Source of the DNA: Mizuhopecten yessoensis
Taxonomy: Eukaryota
NCBI RefSeq assembly: GCF_002113885.1
Contig: NW_018407859.1
Coordinates: forward strand, 191,654 to 255,653
Direction: 5' to 3'
DNA: 64,000 nt
Positions 37,731-52,245 of the stretch are shown in pieces. A program made the translations under genes and the position numbers. Numbering within the stretch: position 1 is the stretch's first letter; each line of letters opens with the position of its first letter. The notes beneath the pieces were generated by a model that was not told the origin of the DNA, made no database searches, and was given only the letters and a program-made list of their open reading frames with translations.

Positions 37731-40700
37731 GTAAGTACCAGAGTATAAGCTTGGACTTTATAGGTAAATAAAATTGTCATACTTCTCCATCCCTTCAGGC
37801 AAAAATTGCCAGTTCTTATGAAAATCCATATAAGCATATACACAACATCAGGCTATTTTCTTGTGGTGCAAATTTCAAAACTTGATCAAAATCAAGTGAT
37901 GGGTTGGGGAGGGGGGCAAGAGTTGTTGCCCTTAGTGATGTTCTACATATTACCATACTTCTGGTCAACACTGATGTATGATTTGTGTTTTCATCAGCTG
38001 GTGCATAAAATGGGTTAAAAAAAAAGGCGAACATAAAGAATATAAATGTTGAGAAAATTAGATTTTATGTACTTGTTTAAGCTTGTCATTTTAATCTTAT
38101 TGTTAGTGATATGTCCCTCATGATTTTCTTTGGTATAATAGTGACAGTAGCAATTTACACAAATTGATGATCATAGATCAGACCTGACTGTTGGATACCA
38201 AAACACACTTAGAAGAAATATTAAAAACCCTTCCGAGATGTTAAAACCCTTGTTAAACATCATCACATCCTTGCTTTTTTATGTTCATTCTCCAAGTGAT
38301 AAAACATCATTCAGTTATCTCTGTAAAATTGGACCAACGTCCCTCACCAAGGGGAGTATTTCACTCCAGTGCAAGCATGTTCTTCAAGAAAGGTCTGCTA
38401 TCTCCTATAAAAGTGGCTGTGGGGTCAGCACCAGTCAGGGATAGGAGATGTGTACACCCAGGGGTTCTTCCTCTCCTGTGATGATGTAATATACCAAAGG
38501 AGGTTAAAGTAGTCAAAAAAGATCCAGAGATTGTAAATTATAGTTCAATAAAATGGTTTTATCCAGAGTCAGATTCACTTCCTGCTGTCATTAGCTGACA
38601 TTAGATTGTCAGTGCTAGTAAATAGGGATGCCACCTGTCGGTTTTATTTCATCGCATTATTTCAAACTCTGAAATATCTCTAGAACTTGGGGATTGACTT
38701 GTAATATAGTGCAACTATTTCATAAAACATATCGTCTTATAGCATATATCTACCTTTAGTATGGCTGGTGTGAAGGATAAAATATCTCCTTATCTAAGAT
38801 ACAGAGACTTGACTGGTTCACCTATAAGTGGTTTTAAATGCTTAATCAAGAATGATCATATCAAAATATTCGGTAACACAGTTATTCCAACGAACTCAAG
38901 TCAACTCTTCACCGAATTAAGAGCCGGGAAACTCCTCTCATGTCCTGAACTTTGTGTGTGGTTTTAATTTTGTGTTTTTAAAATGGAGGGAATAAAAACA
39001 ATGTCTATGTAAGGTTCAAATGCAAATGCTATGAGTAATGTGCCTGTAGGCCGGGTCTGGTACGTGGCAGCTTGGTGTGGTAACATGCACATGCATGGAT
39101 GGAGGAGATTTTCGTGAACGGAAATTGCTGCTTATTGGTTAACCTTCGGTAATCCTTTGAATTTGTGATGGATTTTGCAAATGTCAACTAGGAAATTACA
39201 AAGATGAGACATGCTAATTAAATGGTTTAGGAGTGCCTGGCTGAATTTATATTTCGACTGTTAGTAACACATTAAATAATGGCTGTTTCGTCCTTGATGG
39301 CAGATTGTTGACCCTATCAAAGGACTGGATACTTAAAAGTTCTTATCTTATTAATTACTTGTGGTCATTTAGACTAAACATCTTCATCTTGAAGTGTTCA
39401 GGTCCTGTTTATAAGGCTTTTAGAATCATGAGGATGTGATATCTTATGATGAGATTTTATACTTGATGTGTATAAGTGATGACAGAATATTAATGGTTTT
39501 GTTTTTGTATTTTTGATAATAGAATATTTATAAAGAAGTTTCATAGATGTTGAATTAAACCTGGTGGGAAAATGTTGCAAGTCATTCTGATAGCTTGTAA
39601 TTTTACTGGTGTGAAATGACAATGTATTAATGTTATACTAAACAATGATTCTTGAATTGGCCATTCACAATCAATCAAAACTAGATATACATATCAAGAC
39701 CAAAGTCCCTGCTCGTGCTCTTTATTGGAACAGGTGCCAAAACCATGATTGAATTTCAATTATAAGTATTTAATTACTAATACCTCATGTACAACCTGAT
39801 TATATTTCAATATTTTGTAATGAAATCTTGAAAAGTCCTATCATTTTGTAAATAATATGTCATACTGTTATAACAAGCATTTTGTTAATAAAAGCTAATA
39901 TCATGATCATCTATCAACATTTGCATCGAAGGAGAATTACATGCAAATCAATTTAGCTAAATCATTAATGTTATATGTGGTACTACTGTACGCTCTTGTG
40001 TCACACCCAGATCCACTAGTGTGATAGGGTAACGGTAATTAGCACCGTCTAGGCATGCACATGCATTAGATCTACGTATTATCAAACTGATTTGCCAGGG
40101 ATGCACCAGTTAAACTTTGACCCTAATGCACCTAAGGGCTTAGCGAATGAACAGGATTTAACACAGATTGTACAACTGTAAAACAGATAAGATCAACTAG
40201 ATACATTTATTTATGTTTTTTAACAAAACAGACAGATTGGTATTTAAGGGTGATATAAGACATTGCATAAACTTATCAAATCGTGTAACAAACTTGACGG
40301 TAGAAAATGTTTCCATGAATATTTGATCATACCTGATATTCGCTGAGCTACGTGAAGCTTGGGATGCATGATGCTATGTAAGATTTTATCAAAATTATTT
40401 TCTATAGTTAAATAGCTTTGACAAGCTAATGATTTATGGCCGTATTCCAAGTAGACATGGAAGTATAGCCGTGCCCATGGTTATGTAATAGATGTCAGAT
40501 TAGGGATGTGATATCGGCTATCTCCCTATCCAGGTATTAATCAAGGTGATGCACCAGTGAGTGTCATATTTAACACCGAAGTACACTTCCTAGACTCGTA
40601 CATCACTTGTTGGGCACATACTTAAACGATTTGTTAGCAACTTTAAGTGACCCACCACCCATTTAACTCACACCCCAATACATAGGTTTACCATTAGTAA

Positions 40701-41862
40701 TAGATGTTGTGGTTATTGTGGTAAGTCTTACTCGTTTACTCTTGTTCAAAGAACAGTTTGTCAGTTTCCAGTCTACTCAAATATATATTTATAACCTGAT
40801 ATCTCTTGAAAAGACATTGTGTAAATTTAAGGAAATGAAAATGCTGGTTTGCTAAACTTATGTTGGTTCTCTTGATTTACCAGCTCAATTAACAGAATTG
40901 TGTAACGATTATGAGGAAATGGTAAGTGGGGTTGGAATATATATATATAAAATACACAGTACTAATAGGAAATTATAAGGGAGAGTGGTGATATGTTATT
41001 TAATGATTTTGCGTGGCTAGCTTTTAATCAGTCACTTTTATAAAGGAAGTTAGGGCTTCTTATTTGAGGACTTACACACAACACACAACATTTTATCTAT
41101 AAACCTTTTTATATTTTGTGGATTTTTAAGACATACGACCGTGCATTTTGATTTGTTCAAAATTTTGCGTACCTCACCATTACGTCAAACTTTGATTACA
41201 CACCAAGTGACCGTTAGGAGATGACAGATCAGCTGTATCATCCTTTTCCTCAAATATATTAGTCATTACATACATGTGTATACAAAATCATGTTGATCAT
41301 GGGGATGGTCCAGAAATACTGTCCATAAGATAATTGATGGCGGCAACAGGTTTATTTTTGTTAGGTCTTGTGCTTCTGCATATAGAATTGTATTTTAGAT
41401 AGAATATTGTCATAAGTTAGTAGAGAGCAGATACTTATCTAATCCTAGGGAGGACAGCCCTTATATTACCCAAAGTATCGTTTGTGAAGTGTTTGGGAAG
41501 AAAATTGCTGGACAGACTTTATATGAACTATCAATGGTATAATTAGTGATATCTCGAATACTACTCTGTTAATGATTCGTCCTTGATCAAATCTTTACAT
41601 CACTGTGTTTGATCCAATACATCTAAAGTTTAGTTCCAAGTCCTTATTTCCTGTGAACTCTCACAAAAGTAATCTGCTAGTATGAGGAAGTAGGACAGAA
41701 AACAGAGAATGGGGTTGTCTAGACTACTGTTTGTACTGTTCAGGATAGATTTTCATGTGTCAGATAGGACAGGTTCTTCATTAATTGAATAAACACATTA
41801 TGTCTAAATAAAATGACTCTGTTACATGGTGATAGTTCAATTAATTGGATGTAGTGTTAAGC

Positions 41863-42635
41863 ATATCATAAAAGATCAGTTCTGCTGTGAGACAAGTTCT
41901 GCTGTATGTAATAGCCAACTGATATCAGATGAAACAAGTTCTGCTGTACGTAATAGCCAACTGATATCCGCTGAAACAAGTTCTGCTGTACGTAATAGCC
42001 AACTGATATCCGATGAGACAAGTTCTGTTGTATGTAATAGCCACCTGATATCAGACGAGACAAGTTCTGCTTTATGTTAAATAGCCAACTGATATCATAA
42101 AAGATCTGTTCTGCTGTGAGACAAGTTCTGCTGTACGTAATAGCCAACTGATATCAGATGAGACAAGTTCTGCTGTATGAAATTGCCAACTGATATCAGA
42201 TGAGACAAGTTCTGCTGTATGTAATAGCCAACTGATATCAGACGAGACAAGTTCTGCTGTATGAAATAGCCAACTGATATCAGACAGACAAGTTCTGCTA
42301 TATGTTAAATAGCCAACTGATATCAGATGAGACCCATTCTGCTGTATGTAATAGCCAACTGATATCAGTCGAGACAAGTTCTGCTGTATGAAATAGCCAA
42401 CTGATATCAGACGAGACAAGTTATGCTGTATGTAATAGCCAACTGATATCAGTCGAGACAAGTTCTGCTGTATGAAATAGCCAACTGATATCAGACAGAC
42501 AAGTTCTGCTATATGTTAAACAGCCAACTGATATCAGATGAGACAAGTTCCGATGTATGTAATAGCCAACTGATATCAGACGAGACAAGTTCTGATGTAT
42601 GTAATAGCCAACTGATATCAGATGAGACAAGTTCT
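41863..42635. repeat. 42-bp minisatellite, about 17 copies, with duplicated left flank
   Basis: Unit tgagacaagttctgctgtatgtaatagccaactgatatcaga. The flank atatcataaaagatc.gttctgctg occurs at 41863 and 42092. Confidence 0.97.
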
Positions 42636-45603
42636 TCTTTATGGTAATAACTAAATTGGTAACATTGACAGGTTTTGGTGTATGGTACATACAGCTTTTA
42701 GGCCCGGCTATATTGTAATCGTCCTTCCTTCAGTAAAAGGAACAGAACTATAAAAGTTGGAAGATGTTCAAGATAGGAACATTCTTCTGACCACAAAAAC
42801 CCTCTGACAAATATCACGTTTGACAAATGAATTCAGAAGAACAATAAAGTTGTAATCATGAAATATATGTATATAAATATGTGAATTTTTGTGATGTGAT
42901 GTTAAGCAATATTGATATTCTGCGAGTGTCATTCCACATGTTCTAAGTAAAAAAATGTTGTAGAGGAATTTTGGACCTAGAAGAGGGAACTTCTGACTGT
43001 GAAATGTTGATTAGTTGTCAGTGTTTTTGCTAATAGAATAATGATGATGGTCATCAGAGGACTCATTGAGTGTTGGCATGCATTGTTAGGAAACTGCAAT
43101 ACGTGTCCTAGATACACTCAACACGTGTTATTACTTACACAGAGCAGAACCGAGGTAATGTACCTACAAAATGTCACATGTTAGGATGCAAGTATAAATA
43201 TGGTATACCGCAGTTATACTGATTGAGGTATTTAGACCTGTACTCTAATCTAATTGCCTAAAAACATGTAATAAAAGTCTTTATGTAAATGAATAAATCT
43301 AGATTAACTACATAATGAATGTGGCTTAGTGAACAAATTTATTTTTTTGACATGTCCGTAGATACTTTGACCATTAGTTTATACATAAGCTTTTATCCAG
43401 AATAAATTCAAATAATTTGACAAATCTGGCGTATTGATCATTTTCGGCAAAATGTTAAGTAAATGACACCTTCTCATCTACCATAACGACAATGATTGGC
43501 TAAGCCTCTCCATTGGCCAACCAATCATAACTGGTTTTTCAATACAAAAATGTACATCATCCACCAAGATAGACAATTATTTGGGGAGGGGGTAAAAACA
43601 GAAATACCTGATATTAGTTGTGATGGACTGTTCGGTAATGAAAGGAAACCAGTTTTGAATGTTGATTCCAGTTTTTGTTTGAATTATATTTATTTTATTT
43701 TGATATGATCAATTACTAGTCAATCATCAGTCATTTGATAACAAGTCATGAAAGATAAAAATATTATGAGCAATTGCCAAGGCTAAGTGCATACTCAATA
43801 GGTTTGACTGCAATTAGGGATGCTGGAAAGAGTAAATACGGTAATAAAAAGCACATGATATTACGGTACTGTGATGTCTGTGCCCATCAGTGTGATGTGA
43901 GAAAGCATGTGTGTTGGAATGATAGACACGTACATTAAGTAAACAGACTAGTGTCCTTGTAGAGGATAATATGTAAAGGTATCAAGGTACCAACAGTTTA
44001 CTCCCGCCATAACTCAACTGTTACAAAAGTCCTACTCACCATAATATTCATCAAGCTGAAAAATACAGTAATGACGGCATCTCCTGTCCTCATTTATTAT
44101 GCCAAATATTGTAATGATTGACTGATGGAGTAATTTTTGCTGTATTTTGGTTTTTCTGTATCTGTTGGAGTATTTATTATCCCCTGTCGGCTGTGAAGAG
44201 GCACCATAATCTGTTGTTTGGGCTGGCGAATTTGAAGAGAGCTATACGGGAATGATAAAAAAAATCCTGGTAAAAACATATAGCGGATGCTAATAAGCAT
44301 TTTATGATACAAAATTCAGGAGAGTGATATTATGTGTTTTGACCACATATTTCTGGTAACTTGAATGAATTGGGGTGGGAGGGAGGAGGGTATTTTTTAT
44401 CGCAGATAAACCAAGTTTTAAGTTCCTTTTATATCGAAGTTTCTTTATAGATGAAAAGAATGGTTAAAAGTCCATATTAGTATCTATAATGGACAGATAG
44501 AAGGGTTTTGTTAAATTGATGAGACTTCTCAAAAGACCAATTTAGATGTTTTGAATGATTTTCAACCGGTATTGAGCCTACTTAGATATCTATCACGTCT
44601 GCCTTCAGGGGACAACTGAGGTCAGTAACACACTTTGATCTCCTTTGCTTACTTCAATATTTGTTTTATACATGTCAATAAAACCATTGACCTTCAGACA
44701 ACCTTTCCTTTATCAAACATCAGAATGTCGGGGGTGAAGATCCGCTGGAATTTGAAAAAAAAAAAAAAAGCCTTTCATAGATTAATTATATTTTCACTGA
44801 CATCAAATCAATATTTTTGTGGGCGGAAATGCTGTGGAACTTCGCTATTTTGGTCTTGTCTTTCGCTGTGTTTCGCTGAAGACACTAACTGTATGGGAGA
44901 TTTAGTATCCATTCAATACATTCAGTATCTAAAGTTTCAGTCTGAATCAAATATCCCTCCTACTCATTCAGTATTTAACGTCTTCAGTGCCAATTACCTG
45001 CCTCCTTACTGCCAGCTATAAGGCTCCGTGGGGGACAAAGAGTTACTTATCCTTTCCATTATTAACCTGCAACCAATCACTACATCTTAAAATTGTGAAA
45101 ATTGACATTAATTATGACTGCCTGGATTAACCAGGTTCTCAGGTTTTACCCTTTTTGGGAGACATTAACTTACACTCTATGAAACTGACATTTCTGATTA
45201 CTGTATCAACATTGACCGAGAAGTTGAGCTAATTTTTGAGTGTTTGCCAGGGAGCCTCCTTTCACGGCCAGTATTAAGTTTTGTTGATGTTCTGTCATCT
45301 AAGAATCCCTGAGGCTGACTGCCAGTATCTGTTTTATTTACACGTCCATGCTTAAGCTTCTTGGTTTACTCTGACCCTTGGTCAGCTGTTATTGGTCCAG
45401 ATTAAATTCAGACTTGGAGTTTCCTAGTTGGTATAACTGGGATTAGACTGGCCACCAGCCCAAAAGTTTTTATGAAGAATTTCTCGACTGCATTTTACTA
45501 CTAGCTTATCTCCCCCTAGTTTAGAACTTAGAATCAGACATCCCAGTGATCAAAATTATTAGAGTTAAAAAGATTTCTTAATAATTCAATATTCTAGAGA
45601 GGG

Positions 45604-45612
45604 NNNNNNNNN
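45604..45612. other. Assembly gap (9 N); a single N also at 21847
   Basis: Run of n in the sequence. Confidence 1.
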
Positions 45613-47710
45613 GCAAGTCTAAACTGTGATACATTTTACCGACTCCTGTATTCCTGTATGAGTTAGCAGCGACAGATGTTCAATATTGGCCAGCCTGCTT
45701 TGTTTATATATACATATCTGGCTACTTAACCTTGTCATAAAAACTTCTCGCCTTTTACTGTCAAGATGTCTGATGTATGTATATCATCTGTATGGTCTGT
45801 CCATCATCTGTTTAAACTGTCCTGTGTCTGTGACCTTCAACTGTGTGATGTGGTGTTTGTCATGTTTATGTAGGCTAGTGATTGGTCAATACATGTACCC
45901 ATGTGACATATTCGTTAAAAGTTATAGACATATTCGTTAAAAGTTACTTTGTTGTGTTTCCGACAGATAATTAGCATCATTATACAGGGTTAACCCATTG
46001 GTGGTCCTGCAGCCTTGTGTTGACCTCAGTTAAGGTCTATAAGTGTCTGGAGTAGACAGTTTATGTTCCAAAGAATCATCCTAGGTAGTAATCGTTTTAC
46101 TCTATTTTCATTACCATTGGCTTTCAGGAAGACACACTCAATTGGTGAAAGGCTTATAACTGTCCATATGATAAGGAATACTTTACAGTCAGAGTCAGGC
46201 GGTGTATCCCCAGAATGGTGGGCTGGAAATACTTCAGTCTTACGAGTCGTCGTTAATGCTCAGTCCTTGGATGCTGGGTGAACTTCCATGACGAGTACCC
46301 TGCTGCATGTTCTGCATTCATTAAGCAGTTTTGCTCATTTGACGTGATATTTTGCCACATTTATTGTATACATGCAGACATTGTTTTCTGGCTTTATGTC
46401 TAACAAGCTTTCATGCATTCTTTTCATCCCAGAGTAACTACAAGTAGTTAGAGATTGCATAACTTCCATGGAAAGAAGAACCCCAAAATAATTTTTTGTT
46501 TCCAAAAAATATATTTTGTTTCGAATTCAAAGAAAAGTTTGAATTCTGAAGAAACTTCGTTGTACCATGAATGAGAAATTTCATTATTTACTTATATTTC
46601 CAAGAAACACGTAATTTCCTTGAAAAGTTCTTTGTATATATAGCCCAGGCTACCAGATGCTATGGTAAGGATATGTCACCACAAGCCCTACCTTAGTAGC
46701 TACATCAGTGGTATGCTCGGATGCTGATGTTGGAAGGGCTGAGTGAAGATTTTACATTAACCAGTCAAGGGGCTAGGCCTGTCAACACTCCCCTTATCTT
46801 AGCTGTCTGATAGGGATCATACAGAAACATGGGGCCCCCTCCTAGCTACACCCAAACTCACTTTTATGTATGTTTATTGTAATGTCAAGGGGTGCTTGAT
46901 ACTAATGTAAGAATTGTCAGAATTCTTCCATGGAGCCCTGCCCATGTACTTAAGAGGCTGTGAGTTTAGGGTGAAAATATCATGAGATGACAGCAGATAT
47001 TTACAGTTTTGGTATTTAAGTATGTTACCTCATTATGACATGGTTTCCTTTCCAACCATTACATAGTTGTGTATAGCTGATAGACTAGAGAGTTATGAAT
47101 GGTGACTAGGATTCAGTGACTTGAAGACACATTTGAAAGGTTCAAAAATAAATGTTTGCAATATTTATCAAGTTATTCTAAATAATAAGATAATGTTTAC
47201 AGAAATTTATAAAATACCTCTAATCACTGGTATGACGTAAAAAGTGGTGTATAATCTTAAAGGAGGGGGTAAGGTTGAATATATTTATTGTAATGAATCC
47301 TATTTCACTTGTAGTCATTATGGAAATTGAATTGATACATTATGCAATGCTTAGGTTTTATATGTAGATTGGTACCATGAAATAAATTCTATAGAAATCT
47401 AGGTTAGAATATATATAAGTGTTGACTTATAATTACATCTTCGCCCTTTGTTACGTTACTGTGTAGATATCCTAGTCCGAGTTTGATGCAATCAAATTAC
47501 AGACAGAAATGCAGACAGTTTTCTTGAGAAGAGATATTATTTATAGCTGTCAGACCTTATATAGATATATGTGAACATTTCTTTGTTAAGTGCATCAATT
47601 GCACTTTTGTAAAAGAATGAGTTAAAAGGTCAAAATTGCTGACATTTAACCAGGCCAAGTGGCTAATGTAGACTGACATGGAAGTGTCAAGATGGTGCTG
47701 TGGGAGTGTT

Positions 47711-47768
47711 GGTACTGTATAGTCTAGGGCTGTGAGAGGGTACTGTATAGTCTAGGGCTGTGAGAGGG
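47711..47768. repeat. 28-bp tandem duplication
   Basis: ggtactgtatagtctagggctgtgagag x2. Confidence 0.9.
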
Positions 47769-47875
47769 GATTGTGTAATTGGAGGGGTCAATCACTCAAT
47801 GTCTACCCCTGGGAAACTCAGATTCATGGCTGTCCACACCTATAAACTGTACTGAAACATCCTAAGTCAAGGAGA

Positions 47876-48185
47876 TGTCGCTACTTTCAAGGTAACCGTC
47901 ACCAGACGGATCTGGAGACGGAATTATGTCGGTACGTTCAAGGTAATCTGGAGACCGGCATTATGATGGTACGTTCAAGGTAGCCATCATCACCAGACGG
48001 ATCTGGAGACCGGTGTCATGTGAGATTTATATCCCCCATAGGATAAGTACCCGGATACCAAAACTGGCCATAGGATGAGTATCCGGTTACAATCCGGAAT
48101 TATGTCGGTAGTTTCAATGGCAATTTTCAGACAGGATCTAAAGACCGGAAGATATATATACATACTTTCAATGACAATTTCATGA
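47876..48185. mobile_element. CpG-rich inserted fragment with internal sub-repeats (probable transposon fragment)
   Basis: Recurrent caccagacggatctggagac(c)gg, ggaattatgtcggta and ccataggat.agta.ccgg; composition is distinct from the flanks. Confidence 0.55.
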
Positions 48186-48784
48186 TCCTCTCTATCTTTT
48201 CTGATGCGCTACTGATGTGTATATAAATGTCATCTCTGCTAACATACTATAAAGGGCACAATCAACTTATATGACTTATAGTACAGCTACAACAAAACCC
48301 AGCTACACAGAACTATGACAGGAATGGTTGGCATGTCAAAACAAAAATAGTTTCAACATTAACCCTGCAGTTTGTGTCAACATCTTCATGATATAGTTGT
48401 CCTTGATTCTAGCGCTGCTAACATTAACATTCTTTCTCCTGGCATAAATTATGCTTCTGTTTCACAAGAACAAGCATTTGAATAGTTGCTTTTGTTCTGT
48501 TTTCCTTACTTTTGTGTTGACCTTGTACTGTTCTGTAGCAAAATGTGGTATTGGTTTCTAGCGGAATGCTTTGTCTTATCACATTTATGTTTCTGTGGTG
48601 CAAGTTCTGTAGGATTTCCCTGCATATAGTAATATTTTAGATGAGATCAGAATTACTATAATGTTGCACAACTTTAGGGAATTTTGTTAGTTATTTTATT
48701 TAAACACAGAAGGATAAGGATTATATATGAAACATAAGTCATATATTTGCTGTAGTTTGTAGTTTTTTGTAGTGTTTTCTGAGT

Positions 48785-49959
48785 CTGGTGTTGTACTCAT
48801 GCACTGAGCCTGTATGCTATATCCCCTTGGCTGGTGTTGTACTGCATGCACTGAGCCTGTATGCTATGTCTCCTTGGCTGGTGTTGTTCCCATGCACTGA
48901 GCCTGTATGCTATGTCCCCTTGGCTGATGTTGTACTCATGCACTGAGCCTGTATGCTATGTCCCCATGGCTGGTGTTGTACTCATGTACCCATGCACTGA
49001 GCCTGTATGCTATGTTCCCTTGGCTGGTGTTGTACTCATGTACCCATGCACTGAGCCTGTATGCTATGTCCCCTTTGCTGGTGTTGTACTCATTCACTGA
49101 TCCTGTATGCTATGTCCCCTTGGCTGGTGTTGTAATCATGCACTGAGCCTGTATGCTATGTCCCCTTAGCTGGTGTTGTACTCATGCACTGAGCCTGTAT
49201 GATATGTCCCCTTGGCTGGTGTTGTACTCTTTCACTGAGCCTGTTTGCTATGTCCCCTTGGCTGGTGTTGTACTCATACACTGAGCCTGTATGCTATGTC
49301 CCCTTTGCTGGTGTTGTACTCATTCACTGATCCTGTATGCTATGTCCCCTTGGCTGGTGTTGTTCTCATGCACTGAGCCTGTATGCTATGTCCCCTTAGC
49401 TGGTGTTGTACTCATGCACTGAGCCTGTATGCCATGTCCCCTTGGCTGGTGTTGTACTCATGCACTGAGCCTGTATGCTATGTCCCCCTGGCTGGTGTTG
49501 TACTCATGCACTGAGCCTGTATGGTATGTCCCCTTGGCTGGTGTTGTACTCATTCCCTGAGCCTGTATGCTATGTCCCCTTGGCTGTTGTTGTACTCATG
49601 CACTGAGCCTGTATGCTATATCCCCGTGGCTGGTGTTGTACTGCATGCACTGAGCCTGTATGCTATGGCTCCTTGGCTGGTGTTGTACCCATGCACTGAG
49701 CCTGTATGCTTTGTCCCCTTGGCTGGTGTTGTACCCATGCACTGAGCCTGTATGCTATGTCTCCTTGGCTGGGGTTGTACCCATGCACTGAGCCTGTATG
49801 CTATGTCCCCTTGGCTGGTGTTGTACTCTTTCACTGAGCCTGTATGCTATGTCCCCTTGGCTGGTGTTGTACCCATGCACTGAGCCTGTATGCTATGTCC
49901 CCTTGGCTGCTGTTATACTCATGCACTGAGCCTGTATGCTATGTCCCCTTTGCTGCTGT
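48785..49959. repeat. 46-bp minisatellite, about 25 copies
   Basis: catgcactgagcctgtatgctatgtccccttggctggtgttgtact. Confidence 0.97.
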
Positions 49960-51226
49960 GTAACCACTGCAGAATATGTCAGTCAATGTCTACAGATATT
50001 TCTTCATCAAACAGAAAATGGTATGTTTGTCACACGGTCCAGTCTAGGATTTATGTCTCCCCAAGTGAATGTACAGTGTCAAGACTTATGTAACCCAATT
50101 CACATCAAAAACTTTCACATGTGATGAGTAATTCCTTGAATTCGCCCAAACATTTTTCTCCTGTATGTTAGTGTCTAGTGAAACCTGTCACTTGTATTCA
50201 AGGTCCTGTCCCGCTATACAAATATAAAAAAAAGATATATATCCTGAATACAGTTTACTCGTGAAATCCATCTTATTGTTGTTTTGGCTGTTTCTTTGTG
50301 TTATCTATCCTTGTGACTTCTGTAATCATGCTGACACTAACTTGATAATACTGTTCTCTAGATCACTGATTATTTCCTAAAAAACTAGTGCACTGGTGTG
50401 AAAGTAACATGTCAGGCCAGCAGCACAGACCTTCTGTGTTAGATGTAATTAAAACATATGTTTAGGAATATCTTATGCCCTCCCAGACCTGGGAAGTAGG
50501 GAAGGCAGTGGGAGGGGTGTTACTCGAGGGAGGGGTGTTATTCATCACAGAAGCCACCAGATAAGGGTTAAGACTTGGTCCACTGCACTCAGTTTCATGT
50601 GATGTGTGCAGTCTGTCACACGATGAACCACCTTCACATACAACTGCAGGGGTAAAATGCCTCTTAGCTGCGATAAAACAAACTTTCACATCGTCTTAAA
50701 TGCGTACACATGAAATGGTTCTAGGTCTTTGTGAGGCCCCTTCATGTGAAGTGTACTCCACCCTCCTGCTACATTAATTTTATTGTCATTGCACAACTGC
50801 AGATCGTGTGCACACGTCTGATGATGAAGAATGGGCTGCCCACAAGGTCAGCATTTTAACAAAGGCTTCAGTTGATAGAGACCCCATGTCATATGCATTA
50901 TAATGGTGTAAAGGGACTATTATGTAATGTCCTGATAACATTAGATGCAGGGGAAATGTATTGAACAGTCTGCCTAACAGTTTGTATCACCAGTGAGGAA
51001 GATGGATGCAACCAGAGGTGTTTCTGTTCTTCAGTAAATTAAGATAAAGGGTGCTATCAAAATCTGGCCATGAATTTAGTAGTGTTTCGAAACATCTGCG
51101 TTTTGTTGTTTTCTGGGAACACGCATGTGCACATGCTTTTTGTACATGCTTCTGTATTGTTGCATTGTTCTGTTCAGATAAGATTTTATACAGAAGGTAA
51201 AATGTAAGGCTTTGTCACAACCTGCT

Positions 51227-52245
51227 CCTGTCTATAACTTTGTTAGGACCTATACCTGTCTGAGTTTGTTAGGACCTACACCTGTCAAACTTTGTTATGA
51301 CCTACACATGTCTTACTTTGTTAGGAACTACACCTGTCAAACTTTGTTATGACCTACAAATGTCTTACTTTGTTAGGAACTACACCTGTCAAATTTTGCT
51401 AGGACCTATACCTGTCTAAGTTTGTTAGGACCTACACCTGTCAAATTTTGTTAGGACCTATACCTGTCTAAGTTTGTTAGGACCAATACCTGTCTAAGTT
51501 TGTTAGGACCCATACCTGTCAAACTTTGTTAGGACCTACACCTGTCAAATTTTGTTATGACCTACACATGTCTTACTTTGTTAGGACCTACACCTGTCTA
51601 AGTTTGTTAGGACCTATACCTGTCAAACTTTGTTATGACCTACACATGTCTTACTTTGTTAGGAACTACACCTGTCAAACTTTGTTAGGATCTACACCTG
51701 TCAAACTTTGTTAAGACCTGCACCTGTCTAACTTTGTCAAGACCTTCACCTGTCAAACTTTGTTAGGACCTGCACCTGTCTAAGTTTGTTAGGACCTACA
51801 CCTGTCAAACTTTGTTAGGACTTTCATCTGTCTAAGTTTGTTAGGACCTTCATCTGTCTCACAATATCAGGACCTTCATCTGTCTAAATTTGTCAGAATC
51901 TACACCTGTCAAACTTTGTTAAGACCTGCACCTGTCTAACTTTGTCAAGACCTTCACCTGTCAAACTTTGTTAGGACCTCCACCTGTCAAACTTTGTTAA
52001 GACCTGCACCTGTCAAATTTTGTTAGGACCTACATCTTTCCTACTTTGTTAGGATCTACACCTGTCAAACTTTGTTAGGACCTACATCTTTCTTACTTTG
52101 TTAGGACCTGCACCTTTCAAACTTTTACACCTGTCTAACTTGATAAGGACCTACACCTGGTTAACTTTGTTAGCATCTGTATCTGTTTAAATTTGTTAGG
52201 ACCTGCACCCGTCTTAACTTTGTTAAAACCAGGACCTGTCAGACT
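51227..52245. repeat. 26-bp minisatellite, about 38 copies, decaying to the right
   Basis: ctttgttaggacctacacctgtcaaa and variants. Confidence 0.97.
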
